From the human T2T-CHM13v2.0 reference genome, Homo sapiens, in NCBI RefSeq assembly GCF_009914755.1, contig NC_060927.1: DNA of 64,000 nucleotides; one strand, given 5' to 3'. How positions within the stretch are numbered: position 1 is the stretch's first letter; every line of letters starts with the position of its first letter. The position numbers were made by a program, and so were the translations under genes. Under the pieces are notes generated by a model. It searched no databases. It saw only the letters and a program-made list of their open reading frames with translations, and was not told the origin of the DNA. Shown piece after piece: positions 1 through 12,140 of the stretch.

Positions 1-1869
1 TTAACCCCAGGGCCCCCTGTGAAATCTATATTGTACCCTCTGGATTTACAACACATTGTTAATATATGACTGCAGGCTCTGGAGATTCCATCACAAATCA
101 ACCCCCTTTATTCCAGAGGTTCAGAAAACTACTACAAAAGCCCACTTCAGAATCAAAAGTGGACAGTTTCTTACAACTTCATCTTCAGAGTTGAAACCCA
201 ATTTTAATTTTATAACAGTTTATTTACTGAGCAGTCCCCATGTTTTTATAAGAGAAAACATTTATTTTTTTTCCTTCTATGAATGATGATAATGACAGAC
301 TAAAACTATTTATGCCAAAAAGAAAATTGGGAAAAGATACACCATTACCACACCTTGATGAATGATTCACCATAAACTCACAGTCAATTATCATCCAAAG
401 GATTTTTATATTTAAAAAAATTATGCCTTTATAGAATGTAGTCTTTAATACTAAAGATATTTGAAATCAAAATAAAAGCAGTTACTTTTCCTATTAATAT
501 CACATGAAGTTGTAAATTTTGCAATAATGTTAAGAATTCCAAGTGGTTTTTCAAAGTCAGGATTGTTTATAAACCTATGGTTCTGACTTTTATGTCTTTT
601 ATTATTGGCCTCACCTTTCTGAATTTATTCTTCATTTCAAAAATAATATTTGCATAAGTCTTCAACTTCTCACACCCACAAAAACTTTCAAAATTAATTT
701 TGACCTTTCGATATTATGGAAAAATTTTCTGTGCATTTTTCTTACAAGACTACTTTTCCCTAAAATTATACGTCAACTCAAATCTTGCATCACCTTCTGC
801 AGAGATGAATTGTCCACATTCAGTAGTACAGACTCCTTTTCTCTCCAGGTTGCTGTTGTGTTATCCAGCTTATTTTACGAAAAATTTGCCTCTGAACCCC
901 TGGGGACTATCTCTAGGAAATTAGATCAGCAAACTTCCTGTATTTTGAGAAAAATAACTTTGGAGAATTGAAATGTGTCTTTTTAAGGGATTGCAATATG
1001 ATGTGAAGGCTCCTCCTCATTCCAAGGTAACCATGAGGGACTGAGGACATAGGCTGCCCTCAGAAATACAATCTATTAGACTCAGAGATGTTGAGAGCTG
1101 GGCAGAGTAAAAAGAGCCATCATTCAGACAGCTAAGATATTGTTTGTCCCCACTTTGCCATTTCATGAAGGTAAATAAGGCAGTCACTGGAATGTTCCTC
1201 TCCAAATTGTCAGAACAGAGGAGTTTTCCAGCCTGATTTTCTTTCCTCCACCAAATGCACAGCCTCGCAGGACCACTGGGGAAACTTCTTTCTCCCTGTG
1301 TCTACCATTGTATAGCTAGGCCAGCAGGGGCCATGACACAGTGAGAGCTTGTCAAATCAAACAGAGCTTGGTTGTGGCACAGGGACTGGGGGCCACCAAG
1401 GAGGTTCAAAGAAATGGTAGATTTGTTCTTCAGGCAGGTTAGGAACATTGGCTCAGAGGCTGGAAGAAGTTTCTTCTAGTGGAACAAGCTCCTCTTATTT
1501 TTAACGAAGTTGGTTTATACCCTTAAACCACCCTTAAATCAGAAAAAAAGTGGTGATTTTAAATAGGCTGAACATTTGCCTGCTTTGGACATCTTAATAT
1601 CAGGCAATCAGAGGTCATTTTGATGCAATCATTGAGGTTTATTTCCTCATCTGAACAAAAACATGGATTTGTTATTAAACCCAGACTAGCATTCATTTAA
1701 CCTGTCTCATTTCCATCTTAGATATCATTTATTCTGGAAAGAAAAAATATGTGGTCACTTAAAAATAATATACAAACCACATGTTAAGATTGACTGAGTT
1801 TTTGTTTGCTTTTTTAACCTTTTGTGTGTGCTTATTATATATAAATAATAGAAGTCGATTCTTCTATAA

Positions 1870-2010
1870 TACTTTCTATGTGCCAGGCACTATTCTAAAT
1901 GCTTTATGTGCAATAATTATCTAATAATCACAATAGTCATCTAATAATCACAATACTGTATGAGGTATTATTATCGCCTTTTTCCAAAGAGAGAATATTA
2001 ATGACACAGT
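1870..2010 (-). mobile_element. MIR SINE fragment with an internal 20-bp-period duplication
   Basis: ctatgtgccaggcactattctaaatgcttta...tgaggtattattatcgcctttttcc matches the MIR core; atctaataatcacaata occurs at 1919 and 1939. Confidence 0.7.
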
Positions 2011-3517
2011 ATTTGGAATATGTTTGCTTCTTAGCCTTTAGAGGTTATGGCAGGGATCACGTTTTCTGATCCCTGATCATTCACAGAATTGAAAGTGACA
2101 TCTTTCAAAACATAGTCAGTATGGTTCCTCTTCTTCCTTCCCATCCCCCTTGCCCACCACCTGCCACCTCTCCTTCTAGTCTGTCCTGAATTCTGCACTC
2201 TATTTTCAACTTCTTATTTGAGGCTCCTTCACTTGCAGTCTTCCTGTTTTTATTTTTGTGCTATTAATTTCATGTTCCAACACCACCAGAAGTTAAGGCA
2301 AGATGAAAGAGGAAGGAAAGGACAATATAGGAGGTATTCTAAAGTCATCTGGAAAACTTCATTATTGGATTCAGTAGGAAAAGTATACTGACGAGCTCAA
2401 TTGAAAACATACATGATTGGTGAAATTTTTTGCTATTACCTTACCTTTTCCTTACTTTTTTTTTTCTGGGTTGGTTTTACTGTTTTACCATGATTTTTCC
2501 CCGAGATTCAAACAGAAATCTATTTTCCCATCAGTTTTTCCCAAAAGTCTTCACTCAGCCTTTCCCACAGGTATCTATTCCTTTCTCACTGCCAAGCCCG
2601 TGTTTATTATCTTGGCTTGAAATTGTTCTGTCTTCATTTGCCTTATGCATATCTTAGCCTCAGAACCAGGTTCCTAGGAAAATGGCAATTGTTTTTTTTT
2701 TTTTTTTTTTTTGCAGATTCTACAGTTTTGTTTTGTAAGTTAGACAAATTTGTTGAGCTGAATTAGGGAGAGTGTGATATATACATGCCATATTTCCCTG
2801 AAGTATGGTTGCTGAGTATGAAAGCACTGAACTGATTGGAAAACTGTGCCAAGTAAACGAAATATTGCAGCAGGAATAGGAGAAACATTGATCTGGACTG
2901 GGCCAGAGGCTGGCATAAAGAAAGACAATCTTAGGTGGGGACAGAAGCCAGCAGCAAAGAAGATCTGGAGTCAAGCTTAGGCCCCTGTCGTAGTGGGACC
3001 ATATGAGGAAGCCATCTAGAATTTTGGAAGAGGCTGAGGCTAAGGTTACAGCCCAGAAGTAAGATTGAGTTTCCTCTAGGCCAGAGAAGACATATTTTCT
3101 GTAGCATTTGTAGGGAAGAGTCCAGGAGAAACGTCTGCACTGAGAATGGAAAACACACTCCTGGGACAGTAGAGGTGAAGATTCTCAAGGAAAAGCAGCG
3201 ATGATGGCTGAGTCACTTGCCAGGAATGTTTGATTGCACTGTTATGACAGAACTTATTCCAGGACCTCATTTTTGTGGTTTCAACAACTCTTCATTTATT
3301 CTCTGAAGATTGTCTTTCATACCATAGGTATGAGTTTTGGCCTTTCATCCTCTTTCTCCCTGAAAGCTCTAAGGGAATCATTGTTTAAGGAGGATCAAAT
3401 TCTGCTTGTGAGAGCAGTCCTTGCAGACTGACCTGAGCTTGGGACCAGGCACCGTTGCAATGATGGCCACTCAGGCCCAACAATGTTACTATTTCACACC
3501 ATATCTTTTTCTACATA

Positions 3518-5815
3518 CAGACATACCTTGGAGATATTGGGGGTGTGGTTCCCAACCACTGCAATCAAGTGAATATCACAATAAAGCAAGTCACAAAAAA
3601 TTCTGGGTTTCCCAGTGCATATTTATTGCTAAAAATGCTGATGATCATCTGAGCCTTCAGCAAGTCATAATCTTTTTGCTGGTGGAGGGTTTTACCTCGA
3701 TGTTGACAGCTGCTGACTGATGAGGGCAGTGGTTGCTGAAGGTTGGGGTGCCTGCAGCAATTTCTTAAAATAAGACAACAACAAAATTTGCCTGAATTGA
3801 CTGATTCTTCCTTTCACAATAGATCTCTCTGTACCGTGACATGCTGTTTGGTAGCATTTTACTCACATTTATTTCAAAATTGGAGTCAATCCTCTCAAAC
3901 CTGCCACTGGTTTATCAACTAAGTTTATGCACTATTCTAAATGCTTTGTTGTCATTTCAACAATGTTCACAGCATCTTCACCAGGAGTAGATACCTTACG
4001 AAGAAACTACTTTCTTTGCTCAGCTGTAAGAAGCAACTCATTCAAGTTTATCATGAGATTGCAGCAATTCAGTCACATCTTCAGGCTTTACTTATAATTC
4101 CAGCTCTCTTGCTATTTCTACCACATCTGCAATTACTTCCTCTACTGAAGCCTGGAACCCCTCAAAGTCATTCATGAGGATTAAAATTAGCTTCTTCCAA
4201 ACTCCTGTTGATATTTTGACCTCCTCCCATGAATCAAGAATGTCTTTAATAGCATCTAGAATGGTGAATCCTTTCCAGAATGTTTTCAATTTACTTTGCC
4301 CAAATCCATCAGAGGAATCACTCTCTATCGCAGCTATTGCCTTGCAAAATTTATTTCTTTCAAAATAAGGCTTGAAAGTAGAAATTACTCCTTGATCCTT
4401 GGGCTATAGAATGGATTTTGTATTAGCAGGCATGTAAAGAACATTAATCTCTTCGTACATCTCCATCAGAGTCCTTAGGTGACCAAGTGCATTGTAATGA
4501 ACCATAATATTTTATAGAAATATTTTCTTCTGAGCAGAAGATCTCAACAGTGGGCTTAAAATATTCAGTAAACCATGCTGTAAACAGATGTGCTGTCATC
4601 CAGGCCTTATTGTGCCACATATAGAGCACAGATGAAGTAGTTTAGCATAATTCTTAAGGGCCCTAGGATTTTCAAAATGGTAAATAAGCACTGACTTCAA
4701 CTTAAAGTCACCAACTGCATTAGCCCCTAGGAAGAGATTACTCAAAGCCTGTCCTTTGAAGTTGAAGCCAAGTATTGACTTCTCCTCTTTAGCTATGAAA
4801 GTCCTAGATGGCATCTTCTTTCAATATAAGGCTGTTTTGTCTATGCTGATAATCTATTGTTTAATGTAGCCACCCTCGTCAATGATCTTAGCTGGATCTT
4901 CTGACTAACTTGCTGCAGCTTCTACATTATTAGCACTTGCCACTTCCCCTTGCACTTGTATGTTATGGAGATGGCTTCTTTCCTTAAACCTCCTGAGCCA
5001 ACCTCTGCCAACCTCAGGCTTTTCTTCTGCAGCTTCCTCACCTCTCTCAGCCTTCATAGAATTGAAGAGAGTTAGAGCCTTTCTCTGAAATAGTTTTTAG
5101 CTGAAGGGTATGTTGTGGCTGGTTTGATCTTCTATCCAAACAACTCAAACTTTCTGTATATGAGCAATAAGGCTGTTTTACTCTCTTATCATTCATGTAT
5201 TCACTGGAGTTGCACTTTTAATTTCCTTCAATAACTTTCCTTTTTATTCACAACTGGCTAACTGATACAGGCAGCCTAGCATTTGGCCTATCTCAGCCTT
5301 CGGCATGGCTTCCTCTCCAACCTTAATCGTTTCTAGCTTTTGATTGAATGTGAAAGATGTGAAACTCTTTCTTTGAGTTTAATACTTAGAGGCCATTGTA
5401 GGGTTATTAATTGGCCTAATTTCAGTATTATTGTGTCTCAGGGAATAGGGAAGCCTGAGGAGAGGGAGAAAGAGAGAGAGAGGAATGGTTGCTCAGTGGA
5501 GCGGTCAGAACATGCACACACTGGTCAGTTAAGTTTGCTGTTGTATGTGGATTTTGTTTGTGGCATTCCAAAACAATCACAATAGTAGCATAGAAGATCA
5601 CTGATCACAGATTACCATAATAGATGTAATATAACAAAAAAATTTGAAATATGATAATTATCCAAATATGACAGAGATGTGAAATGAGCACATGATGTTA
5701 GAAAAATGGTGCCAATAGATTTGCTCAATTCAGGGCTAACACAAACCTTCAATTTGTAACAAATGCCGTGTCTGTGAAGAATAGTAAGTGAAATGCAACA
5801 AAATGAGATAGCTTA
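3518..5815 (-). mobile_element. Near-full-length Tigger1 DNA transposon (TcMar-Tigger), decayed
   Basis: TA|CAGACATACCTTGGAGATATTG at the left end and a degenerate TIR plus TA at the right end; about 2.3 kb long; transposase remnants on the minus strand. Confidence 0.95.
4092..4814 (-). pseudogene. Fragmented Tigger1 (pogo/CENP-B-like DDE) transposase
   Basis: ORF pieces [13 protein letters not shown]...[11 protein letters not shown]...[33 protein letters not shown] and [23 protein letters not shown], broken by frameshifts and stops. Confidence 0.92.
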
Positions 5816-5951
5816 TATTAGCAAGCTGTTTTCACATCTTCAGAAATTTCTGCTCTCTCATTAAGAATGGTAAAATAAATTGGCATTTATATAGGATCTT
5901 TCCAACAAACAGCTCAAAAGTCGATAATGACAAAAGGGTCCTTTCTTTTCT

Positions 5952-6597
5952 TAAATTAGTAGACTTTATCTTTAGAGCAGTTTTAGGTTTACAGAAAAAT
6001 TGAACAAAAAATACAGAGTTCCCACATAGCCCCACCTCCTCCCCATTTCCTCATCTCCTTCCCCACAGATTCCCCTATTTTTAACATATTGTATTAGTGT
6101 GATATGTGTCTTATAATAGATGAGCAATATTGATACATTATTATTAACTACAGTCTATAGTTTACATTAAGGTTTACTCTCTCTCTGTTATACATTCTAT
6201 GGATTTTGACAAACATATAATAGAATACATCCACCATTACAGTAACAAACAGAATAGGTTCACTGCTCTAAACATCGCCTGTGCTCCACCAATTTATCCC
6301 TTCCATCCTCCCTCCCTCCACCTGACTATCTGGCAATCACTGATCTTTTTATTGTCTTCATAATTTTGCCTTTTCCAGAATGTCATATGGTTGGGACATA
6401 CAGTTATACAATATGTAGCATCTTCAGATTGGCTTCTCTCACTTAGAAATATGCATTTAAGCCTCCTCCATGTCTTTTTGTGGCTTGATAGCTCATTTCT
6501 TTTTGCTGCTGTATAATATTCTATTGTATGGATGAATCACAATTTGTTTGTCCATTGGCCTACTGAAGGACATCTTGGTTGCTTCCAAGTTTTGGCA
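5952..6597 (-). mobile_element. L1 3' region (L1MC1/L1MB-like)
   Basis: tagactttatctttagagcagttttaggtttacagaaaaattgaac...gaaggacatcttggttgcttccaagttttggca is a typical antisense L1MC 3' end. Confidence 0.85.
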
Positions 6598-7007
6598 GCA
6601 TTTAAGCTCCAGGTTTTTCTCATTTTGAAGTTAAGCAACAGAAAAGCAAGCTCCCCAGAATTCTATGCCCCCATATTTTCCCAGCTGTTTCATTGACTGG
6701 CTTGCTCCATGGCTCTGGTAACTATTTCCTTACAACTGTTCTTGGTTCCCTCCAAGCTTAATATGGCAGAGATTAAAGTCATGGTTATTTCCAAATTGCT
6801 GGATAGCTGATCCCAGACCAGGGCAAGATGAGCAACTCTAAGACACCACCATTGCAGAGGAGAGATAGTCTCAGCTGACCCAGAGGGGCCAATCCCACTA
6901 GGACCTCTGGCCCATAGAACGTGGACTTCCATCCTAGAAGCCATTTGGAGATACAATTTTCAGCCACATGCTGCAGACAGCTTTCATCTTCTGAAGCCCA
7001 CCCCTGG

Positions 7008-7370
7008 TGTCTTAGCCAGTTTGAGTTGCTCTAACAGAACACCACAGACCGGGTGGCTCACACAACAAACATTTATTTCTCACAATTATAGAGGCTGGAA
7101 AGTCCAATATCAAGGCAGTAGGCAATTTGGTGTCTGGTGAGGGCATGCTTTCAGATTTGCAAATGGCCATCTTCTGGTTGTATCCTCACAAGGCCAAAAG
7201 AGATTATTTCTCTCATATTTCTTCTCATTAGGTATTAATGCTATCATGAGTGCTCTACCCTCATGTCCTAATTTCCTCCCAAAGACCCTACCCCCTAATG
7301 TAATCACATTGAGAGTTAGGATTTCACCATATGAATGGAGCAGGGAACCACAAACTTTTAATCCATAACA
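7008..7370 (-). mobile_element. MaLR solo LTR (MLT1A/MSTD-like)
   Basis: tgtcttag...catttatttctcacaattatagaggctggaaagtccaatatcaagg...ccataaca with TG..CA termini; 5-bp flanks cctgg/cccag. Confidence 0.88.
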
Positions 7371-7754
7371 CCCAGCTAGATACTAGGTAACTACAGTATC
7401 TACCTACCAGCTAGATAGATACCGTAGTTATACCCACCCTTCATACCTTTCCACCTGTGTCTTTTTAAACCCCTATTTCAGGGAAATAGTCATCATATTC
7501 TTTCCAGTTAAAAAGAGAGGGTCTTAGTAAATAGAACCATTTATTTTAGACTTCTTCTATTGGTTCCTTCTCCATGTTAATCTGCTGTTCTCTTGACTTC
7601 TACATACGCTTACAATGCACCTTGGTTTTTTGTTACTTCTCTTTTCAATGAATGTGAGGTCTTCCACCAGCAAAATTGCAGAGGTGGTCTGTCTCCTCAG
7701 GCTCCACTCTCTGTGACTTCCTTTCTACCCACCCTATGGTGCTTCTGTACTCAC

Positions 7755-7799
7755 CTCAGTACCAGGACTCAGTACCTCAGGACTCAGTACCTCAGAACC
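7755..7799. repeat. Short tandem repeat, about 15-bp unit x3 (ctcagtacctcagga)
   Basis: Directly visible; gives RTQYL repeats in ORF 7593..7874. Confidence 0.85.
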
Positions 7800-9559
7800 T
7801 GGATCCTCTCACGACCTGCTCTCAGGCTTTCTTGTCACCTCAATGATCCCAAACGGTTTTCAGTAAACAACTGAAAAGAGTTTAGGCATTTTCCTGACCT
7901 TATTGCATTCCAACAAGGAATTGCCAGGATAAGCCGGAAGTAGACTAGAATGTGTGAAACTGCAAGATGCCTGACCGCCCCTCAAGGCGGCGGCAGTTTG
8001 GCTGTCCTGAGACGGTGAAAAGGAAAAGCCTTCTCTGCTGGTTAGCCCCTCACTTAGAGCTGCCTCAACATCTATTGGAAATTTTCACATCGCATAATTC
8101 ATCTGTTAACATTCCCTGAAGAGGGTCCAATTTTCAGTGTTCTTGAGGCACTTCTCTGGGAGTTCACCCTTCATAGGGATCTGTTCTTGCAAGAGCTCCT
8201 CACTGGGAGAGGGACTATCATGCCCCCATCAATAAAGTGGACCTCTTCTGACCCGGCCCAAGCAATCACTCCCTAGTTTGTTGAACTTTCAGTAAAATAT
8301 GGCAACAGCACTTAATATGGGATTACCCACAAACCTGTACATTAAGGCTTTAGAGGAAAGGAGACAATGCTGTACCTGTCAAAGATAGAAAAGGGATTGG
8401 GAAGGATGCAGGCATTGAAAGACAGCAATGAAGCAGGAAAAGAAATAGCACAAAGTAGGGATAAAATCTTGGCAGTCCTGAGGTAGAAGGTAGCCGAGAA
8501 AAGGTGAGAAGCAATGAGGACGAATTGAGTGAGATGGTTTAATTATGATGTGTTTTATGTACCAAGATCTCTGAGGATACAGAGGTAAAGAAGACAGTTT
8601 GTTCTCAAGATGTGGTGTGGCAATGAAAACAGTTCTCCATTTGTCACTCAAATAGCCACAGTGGGTTTGAGTTGGGAGAAAACCACTGATCATCCTAACA
8701 CCAGAAAACTCTTGAGTCAGCACTGCCTTGTTTCATAAGCAGAATAAGCAAGGAAGTAGGTTCTAATTCTAATGTTTGCAAAGTACCTTCCTTGTTTGCT
8801 GAGCCACACTTCAAAGGGATTTATGTACATTACCTCGGATTAATCAGTTATCTTAAATTGTCAGTGAAAGCAAGGAAGGTTAAGTGACTTGTACAAGGAC
8901 ACGCAGTTAGTAATTTTTAGAGCCTGGGTCCAACTAGTTCCAAAGTCCCTTTCCATGGCCACTAGTTGGTTTGAATTCAACTTCTCTGCTCCCCTACTTA
9001 AGACCCTTTTCCTACTAAGAAAATGAAATTTTACAATTAGATATTTATTCCTTTATCTAAGCACTTTATTCTTTGGTAAATTTCTGTTAAGAGGAATAAG
9101 CCATTTTAAAAAGTTTACCATTAATGTATTCCTTGCTGAGAACAAATTTATGAAATGATTTCCTGCAAGAAAATTTTGATTTGTGTGCATGTAGAGTGGG
9201 GAGCAGTCAGAAAAAGGATGAAATGAAAGACCAGCACAGAAGAGGGAGGCAAAAGTAGAAGACATCTTTGCTTACATCTCACATTTTTGAGGGCACAAGT
9301 GCTGCTGGGGAGAAGGCTTGCCCATCCTCACTTCTCACTCTGTCCAGGGACCTTGTTACACCTCAGAGTTTCAGCGAGTGGGAGGAAACTGGAGAGGAGA
9401 ATACTGGCAATGGAGAGATGGGGGCGGGAAGGGGGGTGGTGCAGGGAGGGTGGAGACAAAGGGGGAAGTAACTTTTTAAATAAAAAATGATAAGTGATGA
9501 ATGGAATGGCTAATCCTGGGGAGCCCTGAGAATGCTGGACCGCCAAGCGAGGGTGTCTC

Positions 9560-9780
9560 TTTTTCACTTTCCTTTTTCTTTTCTTTTTAATTTTCTTTTA
9601 TTTAATTTCGCTGCAGCACGCATAATCAATTACAGACTGAATTGGGATAAAGGGAGGGGAAGCACTTTAATTCATAAATCAATTTTATACGGTCATCAGT
9701 CAGGTTGTGAATGCAAATACCTCTGTCGGTTTAGGTTATTCAGAATTAATTGACTCCCACCGGGCTGGGCTACAGATGGA
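9560..9780. promoter_or_regulatory. Candidate developmental enhancer (homeodomain/PBX-HOX/POU motif cluster)
   Basis: TAATCAATTA at 9623, CATAAATCAA at 9673, ATGCAAAT at 9711, AATTAATT at 9744; repeat-free with several retained CpGs. Confidence 0.55.
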
Positions 9781-10589
9781 GAGGGGCTTTCTCACAAAGT
9801 CTGCTAGGGCCCGGCATGGGGGCCAACCACTTCCTCCCTCCCCCCTCTGGCCCTCTGGCCAGCCCCCTCTTCTCCTTTACCCTCTGGGCCCCAAACATGG
9901 AGATGATGGGGGTGGGCATCCAGCAAGAAGCTGGGTGGATAAGAGCCCAGAAAGGCTGTTTGAAGAAGGAAGGGGATTCACAGAATGATGAAAGCCCCCA
10001 AACAAACCCTCTTCAGCCCAGGCCCTGCAGAGACACCTTTATGTGATTAGAAATGCTTAACTTTCAAGGATCTGCTTTTAAGTTCTCTTGAGCTTCTTAA
10101 ATAAGAAAGAAAAAAGAAAACAAGCAGAAAAGCCAGAGCCCCTGGGCTGAAGCTGAAGGGATATCATTCAAAAACCACTGGGTTGCAGGGTTTGTGTGGC
10201 TGCCAGATTTTAGCAGCCAGAGAGCAGCCCAGGACAGAGGCTTAAATGCCAGCAGGCCCAGTGAAAGTGAGTGTGAAGGCCCTGCCCAAGGCACCAGAGA
10301 GAACAGCCCTGGGCTGTAGGCCCGCAGCAGAGGATGGAGAGAGAGAATGAATTATGGTGTAGAACAGGCTGACCGAGGCTCCCTAGTTGGGCTGCACCTG
10401 TTTCCTAACTTAGGGTCTTCTATCTACAGGAGTTCATTCTAATTTGGAAAAGACACGCACCCATCCACCCACACATTCAACATATTTTGACCTCGACTTT
10501 TCCACTTTTTACCCTCAGCTAAATATACTTCTCATTGTGTTGCTCCAAATCAGACTGCCTTACTGGTTTTCAGCACTGTCCTCCTACAT

Positions 10590-10765
10590 GGGAATCACCC
10601 AGGAGGTTTGTTTGTTTTGTTTTTCTGTTTGTTTTTTTCATGCTGTTGTCCAGGTCCACCCCTAAAATTCTGCTTTAATTGGTCATGAGTAGAGCCCAGG
10701 GAATTGGTGCTTTTTAATAGGGTTACAGATGAATCCAAAGGGCAGCAAGGGTTGGAACGACTAAA
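10590..10765. mobile_element. MER5-type hAT-Charlie element
   Basis: ggaatcaccc...ccacccctaaaattctgctttaattggtc...cagatgaatccaaagggcagcaagggttgga resembles MER5B. Confidence 0.6.
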
Positions 10766-10842
10766 GTGTCTGAAGACTAAGGTGGGCAACTCTAAAACCC
10801 CATGCTTCCCTCCCCAGTCCCCAGTCCCTTCCCACAGCCTGG

Positions 10843-11038
10843 CAGTGTTTCTGAAAGTGTGCCCCATTGGAATTACATTAGAAAAAGTAAAACAAGCACA
10901 TTGGTAAGAAAAACAGGAACAAAATAAAATTTGGGAATATATATGTTGTAGATTCCCTGGCCCCCTCCAGATACACTGTAGTAAAATCTCGAAACATTTA
11001 GAATTTACACAAACTCCCAGTAAGTTTGGGAACCCCTG
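10843..11038. mobile_element. Small hAT-Charlie-type non-autonomous DNA transposon
   Basis: Imperfect terminal inverted repeats cagtgtttc...gaacccctg. Confidence 0.5.
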
Positions 11039-11759
11039 CTGAGGCAAAGCACCAAGACGTTTGCACTGTCTTTATTTAACATCAAATCCTAGCCCGCATG
11101 GTATGCATCACATTTTGCCTTGACACATGGCAGTTGCATGTTTGTGGGTTTTGTCAGAAGAGCTCTCCTGAGAGACCAAAACCTGAATCTAGGAGCAAAA
11201 TGAAAACAATCTATTTGATGAGATGATCTCAAAGGCTTCATGTTCCAAAGCATGAGTTCTTATCCATATTGAGACTTTTAAAAATCAGATGTAAAATTCT
11301 TCTGCATTTTTAATTTAACCAGCAGTTAAATAATCTTTAATACAGTTGCTTATATGTAAATGAGCCATATTCATTTGTTTTAAAAGGCTAAGAGGAATTC
11401 TTGGAAATGCTTCATTAGTCATTCGTTTGTACTACCATATGCTACTGAAAGCAATAAAACTGCTTTTCTTTAAAATTTTAAGAAATTCAGGCTTTTTTCC
11501 CCAGTCAGACTAGACTTCCTCTCCAAAAAGTTTGAAGGTCTTAATGGAGATTAAATGTGTGTTTTCTCTTGCTGTACTTAGCCAGCAGCAAAGAGAAATT
11601 TGGGCAGAGGGTGGTCCAGAATGAAAGGGCATCTTGTTCTCAAAGCCCTGGGTTTCTAAGGTAGATAATCTGAGAAGTCCATGGAGGGAATGATCCTTAG
11701 ACCATTCAGGCCGTATGGCAGAGTGAATACACAAGCTTCAGCATCAGTACTGCTCAGCT

Positions 11760-11915
11760 TCATGACATATATTGGACAAGATATAGCACCTCTCTGTGCT
11801 TCAGTTCCTTCCTCTTTAAAATGGCAATATTAACAGTGGGTACCTCATGGGGTTATCGTGAAGAGTAAATGACATAAAGCATCTAAAAACCTAAGCAGAA
11901 AGCAAGCCCAATAAC
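11760..11915 (+). mobile_element. MIR
   Basis: cctctctgtgcttcagttccttcctctttaaaatgg...acctcatggggttatcgtgaagagtaaatga. Confidence 0.7.
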
Positions 11916-11979
11916 TGACAGCATTTGCCCTGAGAGAGACCATGGACGAGTGGTGATCAGTGGGCCTATTGGTCTGATT

Positions 11980-12140
11980 TGGTCCCTCCAGTAGCATCAG
12001 CATCACCTGGGACTCTATTAGAAATGCAGAATCTTGGGCCCCAGAATGACTGAACAAAAACTCTGAGGTAAGACCTAGCAGTCTGTGTTTTAGGAAGCCT
12101 TGCAGGTGATTCTGAACCACACTACAGTTAGAGAACTACC
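11980..12140. mobile_element. MER5A
   Basis: cagcatcacctggga...ttagaaatgcagaatcttgggcccca...agtctgtgtttt..aagcct..caggtgattctga. Confidence 0.85.

Noticed and set aside
573-971. 132-codon stop-free frame on the + strand in AT-rich DNA
   Set aside because: It has no ATG and no recognisable domain, and a few frames of this length are expected by chance in 64 kb across six frames.
1321-1334. CTCF-like CCAGCAGGGGCCAT
   Set aside because: It mismatches the highly constrained GGC part of the core, so it is too weak without ChIP data.
2692-2740. Poly-T + cag acceptor followed closely by gtaagt (possible micro-exon)
   Set aside because: The exonic donor context is poor (ttt|gt), and poly-T tracts often mimic acceptors.
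7755-7799. Short direct repeats as a possible CRISPR-like array
   Set aside because: There are no unique spacers or cas genes, and the context is eukaryotic.
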